NCBI GenBank assembly: GCA_020891255.1
Contig: BQFW01000009.1
Span: 248,001 to 312,000, forward strand
Length of the DNA stretch: 64,000 nt
Direction: 5' to 3'
Source of the DNA: Entomortierella parvispora E1425
Taxonomy: Eukaryota; Fungi; Mortierellomycota
Numbering within the stretch: position 1 is the first letter of the stretch; every line of letters starts with the position of its first letter. The notes under the pieces were generated by a model. It was not told where the DNA came from. It saw only the letters and a list, made by a program, of their open reading frames with translations, and did no database searches. Position numbers and translations under genes: made by a program. Shown piece by piece: positions 38,601 to 49,739 of the stretch.

Positions 38601-41600
38601 TACAAAATCCATGACGTCTTCCACGTTGATACCTTTCGACCCTACTTGCCGTCCCCGGAGTCACTCGGCATTCGAGCTCCTGCCCCCGTGGATCCCACTG
38701 TAATTGACGGCGAAGAGGAGTATGAAGTGGACGAAATTTTAAAGTACCGCTTCTACCGCAGACAACACCAGTTCCTAGTGTCATTCAAAGCCTACGGCAG
38801 AGAAGCTGACGAATGGCTCCCAGTAAGCAACTTGGACAACTGCATGGACTTGGTCACAACCTTCAAAGAGCAGCACGGTATCATTTTTTAAAAGGGGAAG
38901 GTGTAACAGGAATACGGTGACATCACGCGATGTGTACCTACAAAAGCTAGAAACTTGCAATATAATAAAACGCACTTCTTGTCTCCACTCCACCCTCGAT
39001 ACTCCTATTGCATACCCCCTCAACAAATACGACCTCATTCTTGGTAAACCATGGCTCACCAAGATCAACCCCCTCATCAATTGGCGCACCAACGATCTCC
39101 ACTTCAATCACAATGGCGTTGACGTCCTGTGGAACTGTCGTGGCTTCAAGGCTGACCACATCCAATCCCGCTCCAAAGGTCTCCTCCTCACACACATGCA
39201 TTTCCACGCCATGGCAAGCTTACCCGGCTCCGAAGTGTTCCTTGCCCTCATCCGCAACACCCCAGAACAGTCTGACGAGACCGATGAGACTGACGAGGTT
39301 GACAAAAAGCGTACAATTCCTGATATGACCCCTGAGGTGCGGTCCATTGTCATGGAAGAGTTTGCTGACGTCTTTCCTGAAAAACTCCCAGACGGACTTC
39401 CCCCAGACCGTGGCGACGCGATGAAGATCGAAACCGACCCCACAGCCGACCGTCCCTTTCGACCCGTTATCAGGCTCTCGATAGCGGAGCTAGACGAACT
39501 CAGAAAACAACTGGACCAATTGCTGAAGGCTGGTTTTATCAAACCCAGTACATCTCCATATGGCGCCCCTGTCCTTTTCGTTCGAAAGAAGGACGGTACG
39601 CTCCGGATGTGCGTCGACTCAACAAAATCACAAAGAAGAACCGACACCCGTTGCCCCGTATTGACGAACTGCTTGACCGCTTCCGAGGTGCTCGCTATTT
39701 CTCCAAGTTGGATCTCTTATCAGGCTATCACCAGCAACGAATCTTTGAACCCCACACCCACAAGACTGCCTTCCGTTGTCGCTATGGTCACTTTGAATTT
39801 AACGTTGTCCCCTTTGGTCTCACTAACGCGCCCGCTTCCTTCTCCAATATGATGCTGCGAGTACTCGACCCAGTCTTGGACAAATGGGTCGTCGTTTACC
39901 TCGACGATCTGTTGATCTACTCCAAGACCAAGAGAGAGCACTTACAACACCTTCGAAGCGTTTTGGCCCTACTCCGCAAGAACGGTCTCTACGCGAAATT
40001 GAGCAAGTGCTCCTTCATGCAAGCCGAGACTGAATTTTTGGGCCACACAATCACAAAGGACGGAATCAAAACATCAGCCGGGCTCACCAAAGCCATCCGA
40101 GAGTGGCCGACCCCCAAGAGCACAAAGGATGTCCAGCAGTTTTTGGGGCTTGCGCAATTTTATCAAGAGTACGTATCAGGCTTTGCAAAGACTGCACTCC
40201 CTCTCTCTTCCCTCCTCGCCAACAACACTCCCTTCACATGGACCGACGAACAACAATCTGCATTCCTCTAGCTCAAACGCGCCATCTGCTCCGCCCCCGT
40301 CCTCCGCATCTTCGACCCGGATCTCCCTACCTTCGTTGACACGGATGCTTCTGGCTTCGCCATTGGCGCAGTACTGCTCCAGGTGGACCGACATGGCAAC
40401 GCTCATCCGGTTGCATTCACTTCCAGAAAAATGCAATCAGCCGAGCTGAACTGTCGCACCCATGAGCAGGAGATGCTAGCAATCATTCACGCTCTACGCA
40501 CATGGCGCTACTACCTCGACGGCACCAAGTTCACTGTCAACACCGACCATGACACTCTTCGCCACTTCCCCTCCCAGCCCAAACTCACTCGTCGACAGGC
40601 TCGCTGGATGGAGTTGCTTCAAGAATACGACATGGAGTTCAAGTACAAGCCAGGAGTTGAGAATATCGTCCCTGACGCCCTCTCTCGCTGACCGGACTAC
40701 CGCGACCCCGACCCCGTTGAGCTCCACAACCTCAGCCTGTCGCTGTCCTCCGACGTCCGCGACCAGCTTGTGCAGGACTACGAGAACGATCCTCGCCTCG
40801 GACCCATCTACAAGGACTGTCTGGAGGGAAAAGTTGCCAATGGATACCGGTTTGAGAACCACCTCCTCTACTCCACTACTACACTAGGCGAGGAACCACC
40901 ACTCTAGCCATCCCTCGGCACTCTTCCATCCGCCTCACCCTCCTACGTGATGCTCACGACTCAACCACCGCTGGACACTTTGGCTTCCAGAAGACTTACG
41001 ACAACCTGCGCCGCTTTGTGTATTGGCCTCACATTGCTAAGGACACCCAACTCTATGTTGCCACCTGCGAAAAGTGTCAGAGGAACAAAGGATCTCAGGA
41101 GCGACCCGCCTCTTCCCATCCCCTCTCAACGCTGGGACGTCGTCACCATGGATTTCATCGGCCCTCTTCCAACCACAGACCGCAACTTCAATGCCATCAC
41201 GGTCTTTGTCGACAAGCTCACCAAGCTCGCACACTTTGTCCCCAGCACCACCTCCGCCACAGCCGTCGATGTTGCCCATCAGTTCTTCGACAATATCTTC
41301 AAATTGCATGGCCTCCCCACATCCATCATCTCCGATCGCGACACACGATTCACCAGCCGCTTCTGGCAGGAGTTGCACAAGCTGCTGGATGTGAAATTGG
41401 CTCTGTCTACAGCCTACCACCCACAGACAGACGGACAGACAGAGGTCATGAACAAGACGCTGAAGACTATGTTACGGGCCTTCGTTGACAATAGGCAGTC
41501 GAACTGGGACCAGCTACTTCCCTCGATAGAGTTTACTTACAACAACGCTGTCAACGCTTCCACTGGCTACTCTCCGTTCTTTCTCAACACCGGTCAACAC

Positions 41601-41754
41601 CCGCCTCCCCGCAGTGCTTCTCAGTGTGCCGAGTAGTCCAGTCCCCGCCGTCGACAGTTTTCTCACGGAGCAGGCGACAGCGCTAATCCTTGCCCAAGAT
41701 GCACTGCAGCGCGCTCAGGAGCACCAGGAAGAGCAGGCGAATAAGCGACGACGT

Positions 41755-42798
41755 TGTGATGTTGTCTAAAGTAAGTATAGTCTAACGTCAGCAAAGGCTG
41801 GAGGTGAAAATGATAACGAAAAGAATAATAACGAACAAAGCTCGCTGCTTACATATGATAGGGACTTTGCTCTCTGTGCCACAACGATCAAGCACAGCAC
41901 TGCTATATGATCAGATACAATCTCGAGAGAATGAACTGGATAGACAGGAGGAGGAGAATGAGCAACAGGATCACGATATAAGCAGGAACGAAACTGAAAG
42001 GAGACTAATAAGGACATACCAATGAGCTAAGCACGTCCTAATGGTAACCAAACAGGAGAATAAACAACTACGGAGGCGAACACTAGGTACTATACTAACT
42101 AATAACAACAACAAGGGAGGATTGAAGGGATCTAATCAGTAAGAGCAAGGCTAGAAGTATTCTATCCAGGGAAAGGGGACAAGGCCGCCTAACTGAGGGT
42201 TCAGGAGGGACTCGAGGGAAGGCGACGAGAAGATAAGGGAGGTTCCCAAGCACCAGTTAAGGTCTCAGGGTGCCCAAGCGCCAGTTAAGGCCTCAGGATG
42301 GGATGCCAAGATCGTACAAGTCCACTCAAAAGAGACAAGACATTGTTGGTACCTCGTAAGTGAGCAAGGACACGGAGAAGTGGTTGGCCGAGGTTCTTGA
42401 CGGGACTTGTCGAGGACGGGGAAGATCGTAACTTGTGAGTGTACAAGGTCGATCAACAGAACGCAATAGGTCTGTGATATCCAAAGGTAAGGGGGGGGGG
42501 GGAGGAGGTTTAGACTAGCTACTAATAGTCTCAGCAATCGGAATTAAGGCGTCGAGCTTGCTGCTGCTGCAAAGGGGATATCGGGCAGGAAGGGGGGGAT
42601 GTATGTTTGTGTTCTGAAGGGTTCAACAAAAGTGTACTGGCAGGAATCGTAAAGGAAAAAGGCAACCAGGAGCAAAATGGATTTTGCTCCCTTCTTTATA
42701 GAAAAAAAAACTGAAACTAAACAAAATAATAAATGCTACTGAAAATGTATATCTACTCCGATTGATGTGGATCGGGACTCCACATCTACTACACCACA
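41755..42798 (-). mobile_element. LTR-like unit A2 in the integrase of C
   Basis: 4-bp TSD acgt. Removing it restores KRRRDHKF. Confidence 0.92.
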
Positions 42799-43382
42799 AC
42801 GTGACCACAAATTCAAAGTCGGTGATAAGGTCTTGCTAAGCGCTACCAATATCACGATTCCCGCCGATACCACTAGACCAGCCCACAGTACCTTGGGTCA
42901 TTCACACTATTGGAACAACACTCGCCAGTCACCTTCGGCGTTGACTTACCTCCCTTTTACAAGATCCATGACGTCTTTCATGTGGACACGTTCCGACCTT
43001 ATCGGTCGTCCCCAGAATCTCTCGGGCCTCGAACAGTAGCACCACCGGACCCGACCATCATCAACGGCGAAGAGGAGTATGCAGTCGAATAAATTTTGAA
43101 TTACCGTCGATTCCGCAGGCAACATCAGTTCTTGGTCTCATGGAAAGGCTACCGCAGAGAGGCCGACGAATGGGTCCCACTAAGCAACTTAGACAATTGT
43201 GCTGACATGGTCCAAGCTTTTAAACAAAAACGTGGACTCATTTTTTAAAAGGGGAAGGTGTAACAGTATGACATTAATTCGGTGACATCACGCGGTCCTC
43301 GCCTATGTACAGTAAGTTAGTACCTAGCACTCAAATAAACATCACTTCTTGTCTCCACTCTGTTACCAGTACTCCTATTGCA

Positions 43383-43744
43383 CTGTCCCTGGTCCTTTCT
43401 GTCCTCGTTGTCTAACTTGGCCTCTGCCCCTTACGAGGTATAACAAGGTCCTGTCTCTTCTGAGTGGACTTGTATGATCTTGACAACCCGATCCTGAGGC
43501 CTTCCTTGACTGGTGCTTGGGAAACCTCCCTACTCTTCTTCTCGCCCTCCCTTGAGTCTCTTCTGAACCCTCAGTCAGGCGGCCTTATCCCCTTTCCCAG
43601 ATAGAACTTCTAATTAGGACCTGCCTGCTCCTTGCAGGTTGTCGTTGTATCATTCAGTTTGCTCCTCAGTTGGTTCTGTCGCTTACTCTCCTCCCCTGTT
43701 ACAGTCCATTCTCCTTAGAGATTGTATCTGATCATATAGCAGTG
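43383..43744 (+). mobile_element. Old, diverged relative of unit A (G), 3' part only
   Basis: Collinear blocks shared with A (cttacgaggta, gagtggacttgta, gaaccctcag, gagattgtatctgatcatatagcagtg) with many substitutions. Boundaries are approximate. Confidence 0.7.
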
Positions 43745-44126
43745 TCCTTATCACTTGTCTCGTTTACAGCTGTTGTCGCTGGCTCTGTTCGTGTTATAAT
43801 TCCTCGGTCCTCCTCTGTAACCTCTGTAAGGTGTTTGGTACGAGTAGCCTGAGCAGGTGCCCCCTGGTGCATTCAGTGCAGTGGTCGTGTTTCGGCCCTG
43901 TTTACTTTGACTAGACATTTCCTTCTCCCTTGGCAAACTCATTCTCCAATTCGCTTCTCGTGTCACCATGAATGCGTCCGTGGAAACGCGGAATGTCACT
44001 TGATGATCGTCGGTTTTGTCGTTGATATACTTTCAGCGTCCCAGATCCTCAACAATGGCGGATCATTCGGCTTTATGGTTGGCTTGGACCCATGCTACCA
44101 AAGTCAAAGTCTCATTGGAGGTCTCA

Positions 44127-46286
44127 TCATCTATCTACCTCCATGTGGGAGTCTTCTTCAGGTACATCCTCAACCACTTGAGTTGGTACGACTACTTCAC
44201 CACTGCTCGTTCCATAAAGATATGGAATATTTATATTAAAGGTTGTGAAGGCGCCTTCCCATTCAGAAAAAAAAGGCTCAAGGTCAAATTCTGCTTCTTG
44301 AGCGTTTGTCAGAGACCATTTTGGTTGTTCGTCGATGGTGTATCCTTTCCAGAGGACGAGCCATTTCGGTGTTTTACGATCCTTTGTCGCCGTGGCCGGA
44401 AGGGTCTGTTGCAGTGCGCAATACGTCGGCGTTGAAGACTGGCGATCACTTCTAATTTGGCACTGTTGCCTCCACATACGCAAACTCAACACAACCGACC
44501 GCAGTTTCCTCAGTGAGGGTTTACGGAATCAACGCCCGCGATTCCCTACGATCTCCTCTGCAGGCGCTTACAAACCATGCCTACAACAACCAGCGGGATT
44601 CTATATGCCACTTGCGATCCCAGGACAACAATGAGACGCAGCCTGTGGTTTCCGAGAAGTCTTCCGAACAATCGTCTTGACCAATTCTGGACCACCCTCG
44701 TGGGCCTTATGGACAATTGGAAAGCGAGCCAACCGTACACTAGACGATGCCAGTGATGGAGTTTGCTTACAATAACTCCCAAAACCCGTCCACAGGTGAG
44801 GGCGTTCTGTTGTTGCAAAATTAGCTCAAGCACAGGAGCGAATTGCATGAGCTCCCGGAGTGTCCTGGGTTGAAGCCATTCGCGTATTTCATTTCGATAA
44901 CTTGGTGTTCTCGTAAGAGGGTCTGAGTCCAAATAGGACCGCATTGAACTCATAATGGCTGTACCTTGTGCAAAAAGCGATCGTCGGGGTGGATTTGCAT
45001 CTGATGGTGTGGTGTAGTAGATGTGGAGTCCCGATCCACATCAATCGGAGTAGATATACATTTTCAGTAGCATTTATTATTTTGTTTAGTTTCAGTTTTT
45101 TTTTCTATAAAGAAGGGAGCAAAATCCATTTTGCTCCTGGTTGCCTTTTTCCTTTACGATTCCTGCCAGTACACTTTTGTTGAACCCTTCAGAACACAAA
45201 CACACATCCCCCCCTTCCTGCCCGATATCCCCTTTGCAGCAGCAGCAAGCTCGACGCCTTAATTCCGATTGCTGAGACTATTAGTAGCTAGTCTAAACCT
45301 CCTCCCCTTACCTTTGGATATCACAGACCTATTGCGTTCTGTTGATCGACCTTGTACACTCACAAGTTACGATCTTCCCCGTCCTCGACAAGTCCCGTCA
45401 AGAACCTCGGCCAACCACTTCTCCGTGTCCTTGCTCACTTACGAGGTACCAACAATGTCTTGTCTCTTTTGAGTGGACTTGTACGATCTTGGCATCCCAC
45501 CCTGAGGCCTTAACTGGCGCTTGGGCACCCTGAGACCTTAACTGGTGCTTGGGAACCTCCCTTATCTTCTCGTCGCCTTCCCTCGAGTCCCTCCTGAACC
45601 CTCAGTTAGGCGGCCTTGTCCCCTTTCCCTGGATAGAATACTTCTAGCCTTGCTCTTACTGATTAGATCCCTTCAATCCTCCCTTGTTGTTGTTATTAGT
45701 TAGTATAGTACCTAGTGTTCGCCTCCGTAGTTGTTTATTCTCCTGTTTGGTTACCATTAGGACGTGCTTAGCTCATTGGTATGTCCTTATTAGTCTCCTT
45801 TCAGTTTCGTTCCTGCTTATATCGTGATCCTGTTGCTCATTCTCCTCCTCCTGTCTATCCAGTTCATTCTCTCGAGATTGTATCTGATCATATAGCAGTG
45901 CTGTGCTTGATCCTTGTGGCACAGAGAGCAAAGTCCCTATCATATGTAAGCAGCGAGCTTTGTTCGTTATTATTCTTTTCGTTATCATTTTCATCTCCAG
46001 CCTTTGCTGACGTTAGACTATACTTACTTTAGACAACATCACAATGGTAGCCAGATCGGAGGTCCAGTTTGCTGAAGAAGCGAGCGGTTTTAAGCGGTCA
46101 ATCATTTCGTCGATATTGGGTAGAGGGTGACGATTTTTGAAGCCTTTGTGGAGCTCCTCAGCGTTGGCGGGGAACTCAACGTGTACAAGATGGCGAGGTA
46201 GATCGTGTGAGGGGTCTTGGGCGGCCAATCATGCGTTACCATTGGGGAGTCCCTTTCCTGGAGGGTGATTTTGTTGACAGCGGCGG
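44127..46286 (-). pseudogene. Heavily deleted Ty3/gypsy pol remnant H (RT and chromodomain fragments)
   Basis: KNRHPLPNIDEMIDRL and ARFFSKLDLRSGYH|QMQIHPDD, which joins across A3. KWLVLWKGY chromodomain-like motif near 44340. Confidence 0.75.
45008..46043 (+). mobile_element. LTR-like unit A3 in remnant H
   Basis: 4-bp TSD atgg. Confidence 0.92.
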
Positions 46287-46792
46287 TGTGGTGTTGCTAC
46301 AATGGGTTGGGGATCGGTCGTAGCTCAAGGAGAGAGGGGCTGGTCACAAGTGATCAAGGGAAAGGGGATTGCTTGCGAGGGGGAGGATAGACGTTGCAGG
46401 ATCTCACTGTCTAAACTGTGTGAACCAAGTATCAATAAAGATCTCAGTCGGGTGGAAGCTCAAGACTTGTACGAAGGCAAGCTTGATCGGCAGAACAGGG
46501 TCTGTGATATCCAAAGGTAAAGGGGGGGGAGGAGGTTAGACTAGCTACTAATAGTCTCAGCAATCGGAATTAAGGCGTCGATCTTGCTGCTGCTGCAAAG
46601 GGGATATCGGGCAGGAAGTGGGGGGGGGATGTGTATGTGTTCTGTAACGATCAAACAAAAGCAAACGAAAAAGTAGGGAAGGAAGCGACCCAGAGCAATT
46701 ACTGCTCTGAACACGAAATTATATTAACGCAATCTTTTAAGGGTATCTAAACTGACTTCTACAAATGTGTGATCCGTATCTACTACACCACA
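46287..46792 (-). mobile_element. LTR-like unit D3
   Basis: 4-bp TSD gcgg. Confidence 0.92.
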
Positions 46793-46886
46793 GCGGTGTT
46801 CTGGAAGAAGGTCTGGAATGATAAAAAGATTTGTATTCTTTTCAGACGTGCACTACTACTAAAACTAGTCCTGTTTCTGTTGGCGG

Positions 46887-47926
46887 TGTGGTGTAGTAGA
46901 TGTGGAGTCCCGATCCACATCAATCGGAGTAGATATACATTTTCAGTAGCATTTATTATTTTGTTTAGTTTCAGTTTTTTTTTCTATAAAGAAGGGAGCA
47001 AAATCCATTTTGCTCCTGGTTGCCTTTTTCCTTTACGATTCCTGCCAGTACACTTTTGTTGAACCCTTCAGAACACAAACATACATCCCCCCCTTCCTGC
47101 CCGATATCCCCTTTGCAGCAGCAGCAAGCTCGACGCCTTAATTCCGATTGCTGAGACTATTAGTAGCTAGTCTAAACCTCCTCCCCCCCCCTTACCTTTG
47201 GATATCACAGACCTATTGCGTTCTGTTGATCGACCTTGTACACTCACAAGTTACGATCTTCCCCGTCCTCGACAAGTCCCGTCAAGAACCTCGGCCAACC
47301 ACTTCTCCGTGTCCTTGCTCACTTACGAGGTACCAACAATGTCTTGTCTCTTTTGAGTGGACTTGTACGATCTTGGCATCCCATCCTGAGGCCTTAACTG
47401 GCGCTTGGGCACCCTGAGACCTTAACTGGTGCTTGGGAACCTCCCTTATCTTCTCGTCGCCTTCCCTCGAGTCCCTCCTGAACCCTCAGTTAGGCGGCCT
47501 TGTCCCCTTTCCCTGGATAGAATACTTCTAGCCTTGCTCTTACTGATTAGATCCCTTCAATCCTCCCTTGTTGTTGTTATTAGTTAGTATAGTACCTAGT
47601 GTTCGCCTCCGTAGTTGTTTATTCTCCTGTTTGGTTACCATTAGGACGTGCTTAGCTCATTGGTATGTCCTTATTAGTCTCCTTTCAGTTTCGTTCCTGC
47701 TTATATCGTGATCCTGTTGCTCATTCTCCTCCTCCTGTCTATCCAGTTCATTCTCTCGAGATTGTATCTGATCATATAGCAGTGCTGTGCTTGATCCTTG
47801 TGGCACAGAGAGCAAAGTCCCTATCATATGTAGGCAGCGAGCTTTGTTCGTTATTATCTTTTCGTTATCATTTTCACCTCCAGCCTTTGCTGACGTTAGA
47901 CTATACTTACTTTAGACAACATCACA
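46887..47926 (+). mobile_element. LTR-like unit A4
   Basis: 4-bp TSD gcgg. Confidence 0.92.
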
Positions 47927-48350
47927 GCGGGTGTGCCAGTGCTGTTGAGAGATCGTCAGAGGCAGCACTTGTGCGTATCAATTCAGCTCGGACTTCAGGA
48001 GTAAGCTTCCTTGGAAGAGCGCAGCCACTTGGCCATGAAAACCTGCATGGAGTGGAGGTCCATAGGTGTGGGGCCAGAGGTTGGGGGCGGGGGAGTGGGT
48101 TGTGTAGGGTGCAGGATACTGTGGATGATGGTGGCATGGGTAATGGCCTCGTCCAGAGTTTTCGGTTGAAGCAGTCGAACCTGGGTGCTGGTTGCGGGAT
48201 CAAGTCCCCGAAGGAACTCGAAGAGGATTGTGCCATCGTCAATCTCGGGGATCAAACGAGTACAAGAGCGGAACTCGCTGGTGTATGTGGCTACAGATCG
48301 TTTGCCCTGGGTGACGGTAGTGAGTTTTCGTCGGGCAGCGTGGATGGCGT

Positions 48351-49389
48351 TGTGATGTTGTCTAAAGTAAGTATAGTCTAACGTCAGCAAAGGCTGGAGA
48401 TGAAAATGATAACGAAAAGAATAATAACGAACAAAGCTCGCTGCTTACATATGATAGGGACTTTGCTCTCTGTGCCACAAGGATCAAGCACAGCACTGCT
48501 ATATGATCAGATACAATCTCGAGAGAATGAACTGGATAGACAGGAGGAGGAGAATGAGCAACAGGATCACGATATAAGCAGGAACGAAACTGAAAGGAGA
48601 CTAATAAGGACATACCAATGAGCTAAGCACGTCCTAATGGTAACCAAACAGGAGAATAAACAACTACGGAGGCGAACACTAGGTACTATACTAACTAATA
48701 ACAACAACAAGGGAGGATTGAAGGGATCTAATCAGTAAGAGCAAGGCTAGAAGTATTCTATCCAGGGAAAGGGGACAAGGCCGCCTAACTGAGGGTTCAG
48801 GAGGGACTCGAGGGAAGGCGACGAGAAGATAAGGGAGGTTCCCAAGCACCAGTTAAGGTCTCAGGGTGCCCAAGCGCCAGTTAAGGCCTCAGGGTGGGAT
48901 GCCAAGATCGTACAAGTCCACTCAAAAGAGACAAGACATTGTTGGTACCTCGTAAGTGAGCAAGGACACGGAGAACTGGTTGGCCGAGGTTCTTGACGGG
49001 ACTTGTCGAGGACGGGGAAGATCGTAACTTGTGAGTGTACAAGGTCGATCAACAGAACGCAATAGGTCTGTGATATCCAAAGGTAGGGGGGGGAGGAGGT
49101 TTAGACTAGCTACTAATAGTCTCAGCAATCGGAATTAAGGCGTCGAGCTTGCTGCTGCTGCAAAGGGGATATCGGGCAGGAAGGGGGGGATGTGTGTTTG
49201 TGTTCTGAAGGGTTCAACAAAAGTGTACTGGCAGGAATCGTAAAGGAAAAAGGCAACCAGGAGCAAAATGGATTTTGCTCCCTTCTTTATAGAAAAAAAA
49301 ACTGAAACTAAACAAAATAATAAATGCTACTGAAAATATATCTCTACTCCGATGGATGTGGACCGGGACTCCACATCTACTACACCACA
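48351..49389 (-). mobile_element. LTR-like unit A5 in the gag of F2
   Basis: 4-bp TSD gcgt. Removing it restores tggatggcgtcaggggg, as in F1. Confidence 0.92.
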
Positions 49390-49739
49390 GCGTCAGGGGG
49401 CGTGAATCGTTTTTCAAACTTGTCGCGGAACGTGTCCCAGTCTGTTGCTAGGGTGAGACCAGCCAGCCCGATAATCTCAAAGTACTCCTCGTAGCTGTCC
49501 AGGAAATTAAGGCAAAGATCGGCATCGGGTTTCTGGGGTTTGAGGACAGCAGTGAGTGTTCGTTCGTCCTCTGCTGTCTCGGGCAGTCTGATGGTATTAT
49601 CGTTGGAGCCAGAGTTATTGGTAACCTCTTGTCCGTCCATGGTGTTATCGCCGGAGTGAGTGCTGGGGAGGTCGGAATTCGAAATATCGTAGGATCGTGG
49701 AGTGCAGTGTAATCAGGTAGAGTCTGGGAGGTTCGAGGG

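Larger units (their letters stand above)
21850..39012 (+). mobile_element. Ty3/gypsy chromovirus B2 (111-bp LTRs at 21850-21960 and 38902-39012) containing nested B1, D1 and E
   Basis: 5-bp TSD taccc, PBS tggtagca, PPT aaaaggggaagg. Gag-pol with chromodomain (EEEYEVDEILKYR…EWLPVSNL). Confidence 0.95.
21077..43382 (+). mobile_element. Ty3/gypsy chromovirus C, 5'-truncated host of the nest: gag knuckle, PR, RT, RNase H, IN, chromodomain, PPT, 3' LTR (43259-43382)
   Basis: CFRCRKINAGHYATSC, LIDGGA, YLDD, TAYHPQTDGQTE. The reading frame is restored when B2 (TSD taccc) and A2 (TSD acgt) are removed. Inactivated by a deletion near 39620 and C>T stops at 40269 and 40689. Confidence 0.9.

Noticed and set aside
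35438-39852. ORFs 35438-37723 and 38917-39852 as novel N-terminally extended polyproteins
   Set aside because: These are chance read-through from an LTR into the interrupted host pol.
21850-43382. Assembly scrambling as the cause of the fragmented, alternately oriented pol pieces
   Set aside because: Junctions fall exactly at TG..CA termini with paired TSDs, which misassembly would not produce. Homopolymer indels may still be sequencing errors.
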